Origin: Thermoproteota archaeon
GTDB lineage: Archaea > Thermoproteota > Thermoprotei > Thermofilales > B9-G17
Reading direction: 5' to 3'
Length of the DNA stretch: 64,000 nt
Assembly (NCBI GenBank): GCA_029258885.1
Contig: JAPDJW010000002.1
Coordinates: forward strand, 256,001-320,000
Both the position numbers and the translations under genes were made by a program. This document shows, in pieces, positions 61,617-64,000 of the stretch (position 1 is its first letter; every line of letters starts with the position of its first letter). The notes under the pieces are model-generated. The model did no database searches and had not been told where the DNA came from. It was given only the letters and a program-made list of their open reading frames with translations.

Positions 61617-63353
61617 ATGGCTATGTCCTCTTTTTCTGAGTATTGGTCGGCTGTAGGAAAAATAGTTAAAGCTAGGGGGCATTCCCTTAAACGTTATAAG
61701 TTCTTTGAAGATGTCTGGGAGGCATTAGATGATGGGAAAAATGTTATTTTAATAGCTCCAACTGGCTGTGGCAAGACTGAGGCTACAACAGTACCATTTC
61801 TATATAACTTAATAAATGGTAATCGGCAGGCCTTTTCCTTAGTGTATACGTTACCTGCAAGATCCCTCGCATCCAACATGTATGATAGATTATGTAAATC
61901 GCTAAGGATTCTAGAATCTAAGGATATTGTTTGTAATATAGATTACGGAGAATTTTTAGAATTTAAACCCTATCTAGAAGGCGACGTTGTTGTAACAACA
62001 TATGACACACTTTTCTATACTTTCTATGGCTTTCGCAGATTAGGCTTTCACGTGCTACTTCATACAGGTAAAATTGCCGGCTCATACATAATATTTGATG
62101 AAGCCCAACTGTTACAAGATAACTTCTGGTATTCTCTAAGCCTTCTGCCAAAACATATTAGGGCTTTATGTAAGTGGAGGGCTCAGATAGTTGTTATGAC
62201 GGCAACGCTTCCAGATGTTTTATTGAAAGAGCTCAATAAATTTATGAAAAATAACGTTGAGGTTATATTTGCTGAAGATAAGCCCTCGAGGGGAAAACTT
62301 AGCGTTACAATAATGAATTCTAAAATTCCCATTAATGGTGAGGAATTACTGAAATTAATTTCTGGAGAGTTACCAGCTCTAATTGTTGTAAATACTGTTA
62401 GTAAGGCAGTTAAAATATATAAAAGCTTATATAATTGTGTTCATGGTAAGGGTATCGATTTGTTACTATTGCATTCTAGACTTAGGCTTGGAGTAAGGAA
62501 AGAAAGAGAGAAGTTTTTCGAGAGAAATAAGAAAGACAATATTATTGTTATTGCAACCCAAGTGGTTGAGGCTGGGTTAGATTATCATTTTAAGACGCTT
62601 TTAACAGAGCTGTCTCCTATAGATTCCTTAATACAGAGGCTGGGACGATGTGCTAGGAAAAGCGACGGTAAGGCATATGTGTTCATTAATCTTGATAAAG
62701 ATAGTAAAAAGATTTATCCGGATAATATCTTGAACATTTCTAAGGAGACTATCCTAAGATACCAAGATATTTTATGTGAGTCTGTTAGAAATGTTTTTAT
62801 CGCAAGTAAGTTAGTAAACGAGGTCTATACTGAGAGAGTAATTAACGAGCTCACTAAGCCTGTGATGAAAGAGATAAATAATGTTTCAATATTTATAGAC
62901 AACTTCTATGAATATATTTTCAAGGGTAGATTTGACAAAGACTTAAACTTGCTTAGATTAGGATTTGAAATAATATGCTGGTATGCTTCAGAAAATATTT
63001 TCAAGAGATTAATTAAGGGCGAAACTGTTGAATGCAGTATAGAAGATTTTAGAGATAACATTGTTAGGTTATCTTGTATGCTAAATATGAACAATAAAAA
63101 CATTCGTCTTCCTAAAGCGGTGTTGATTAATATAGAGGGGAATGAATGTTTACTGCTATTAGAAACTAATTTTATGCAGGAAAAAGTATATTTAAGGGTT
63201 AAGGAGAAGATTAGTAAAAATAATTTTCGTTTTCTTGAAGCAAAAAGTAGATATCCTAGGATCTTCCTCTTAAATCCGCATTTCTATGAAAGAAATACCT
63301 ATGGAGATCTTGGTGTTATTAGTCTTTGGAGGCCGGCGAGCTATGTTTCCTGA
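61617..63353 (+). CDS. cas3: Cas3' helicase
   Basis: APTGCGKT, DEAQ, MTAT, LHSRL, TQVVEAGLD, QRLGRCAR; no HD domain. Confidence 0.92.
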   Translation: MAMSSFSEYWSAVGKIVKARGHSLKRYKFFEDVWEALDDGKNVILIAPTGCGKTEATTVPFLYNLINGNRQAFSLVYTLPARSLASNMYDRLCKSLRILESKDIVCNIDYGEFLEFKPYLEGDVVVTTYDTLFYTFYGFRRLGFHVLLHTGKIAGSYIIFDEAQLLQDNFWYSLSLLPKHIRALCKWRAQIVVMTATLPDVLLKELNKFMKNNVEVIFAEDKPSRGKLSVTIMNSKIPINGEELLKLISGELPALIVVNTVSKAVKIYKSLYNCVHGKGIDLLLLHSRLRLGVRKEREKFFERNKKDNIIVIATQVVEAGLDYHFKTLLTELSPIDSLIQRLGRCARKSDGKAYVFINLDKDSKKIYPDNILNISKETILRYQDILCESVRNVFIASKLVNEVYTERVINELTKPVMKEINNVSIFIDNFYEYIFKGRFDKDLNLLRLGFEIICWYASENIFKRLIKGETVECSIEDFRDNIVRLSCMLNMNNKNIRLPKAVLINIEGNECLLLLETNFMQEKVYLRVKEKISKNNFRFLEAKSRYPRIFLLNPHFYERNTYGDLGVISLWRPASYVS

Positions 63354-64000
63354 ATGTCAAGTGCTACAGGAAGTTTTAGGACTTAAACGTATCCCCTGTA
63401 AGCCCTGTATTGCTAAGCATTTTCCCTCATATTACAAGAAAAATTCCGGTATACAATTTATGGGCTGTTGGATAGCCCATACCGCTTTAGCGTATTATGA
63501 ATTGAAAAGATGTAGACGGTGCATAGAAAGAATTCTAAATAAGTTAGGGATTTCATGGAACGCTTTAGAGTTACTAGTGCTATTACACGATGCAGGAAAA
63601 CTTTCAGAGAAATACGGCTTTTCAAATATTCAGCATAACATCTTATCAGCTGTCATCTCGATAAAATGTTTGGAAGATTCTAAGATATTGAATAAACGAG
63701 AAAGATATGCTGTCTCCTTGGCTATAGCTCTACATCATGAGGCATATCATTGGAGAGAAGTCTGTAGATATAATTTACACTTTGCAAGTAGCATTAAAAT
63801 ACAACCTTTTACCTTAAGAAAAAACTATCAACAGGCACTTATCTGTTTATCTAAGATCGTCTCTAAGATTCAATGCTCGGAGGAGGTCTTAGAAATACTA
63901 ACAAGGATTAAGCCAACATATAGCAGAGCCGATGTGGAAACAGTCAAAATAAATTTAATTCCACTTAAAAATCTGAGACCGTTAGCTATCCCCTTATATT
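63343..64000 (+). CDS. cas3'': Cas3'' HD nuclease (3' end outside window; missing from ORF track)
   Basis: Manual translation from ATG 63343: ...WIAH...LLHDAGK...QHN...ALHHE; overlaps the cas3' stop. Confidence 0.88.
   Translation, partial: MFPECQVLQEVLGLKRIPCKPCIAKHFPSYYKKNSGIQFMGCWIAHTALAYYELKRCRRCIERILNKLGISWNALELLVLLHDAGKLSEKYGFSNIQHNILSAVISIKCLEDSKILNKRERYAVSLAIALHHEAYHWREVCRYNLHFASSIKIQPFTLRKNYQQALICLSKIVSKIQCSEEVLEILTRIKPTYSRADVETVKINLIPLKNLRPLAIPLY

Noticed and set aside
1-64000. tRNA, rRNA, transposase or integrase genes; self-targeting spacers
   Set aside because: None recognised by eye; an exhaustive spacer-versus-window alignment and tRNAscan were not run.

Overview
Archaeal chromosomal window, most likely a (hyper)thermophilic TACK/Thermoproteota-type organism (inferred from AMP phosphorylase, XPB-Bax1, aGTPBP1, C/D box sRNAs, type I-A CRISPR-Cas, TATA/GGGGT/GAGGTG signals). 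About 1-49 kb is a mix of housekeeping and catabolic genes (M16 pair, TrxB, GH1, MPG, S9 peptidase, GHL10-like, sulfatase-like, radical SAM, macrodomain, HEPN-MNT) and many uncharacterised membrane or secreted proteins. 50.0-57.2 kb is a CRISPR array of about 109 repeats (manual count), followed by a leader, csa3 and a type I-A effector operon (csa5, cas7, cas5, cas8a, cas3', cas3'') that runs off the window end. Features absent from or miscalled in the ORF track: two C/D box sRNAs, a -1 frameshift at a G7 tract in a GNAT gene, a degenerate mini-CRISPR with a leader-like flank at 20.7-20.9 kb, a 76-bp ectopic copy of the GTPBP1 gene, decayed S51-peptidase and C5-methyltransferase remnants, and the partial cas3'' gene. 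The best candidate for an undescribed system is the three-gene operon at 10.4-17.2 kb (FtsX-like permease, large surface protein, CdvA-like coiled-coil protein), whose products all carry the same CdvA/SHOCT-like helical motif on the cytoplasmic side. All family calls come from motif recognition by eye; no database searches were run.
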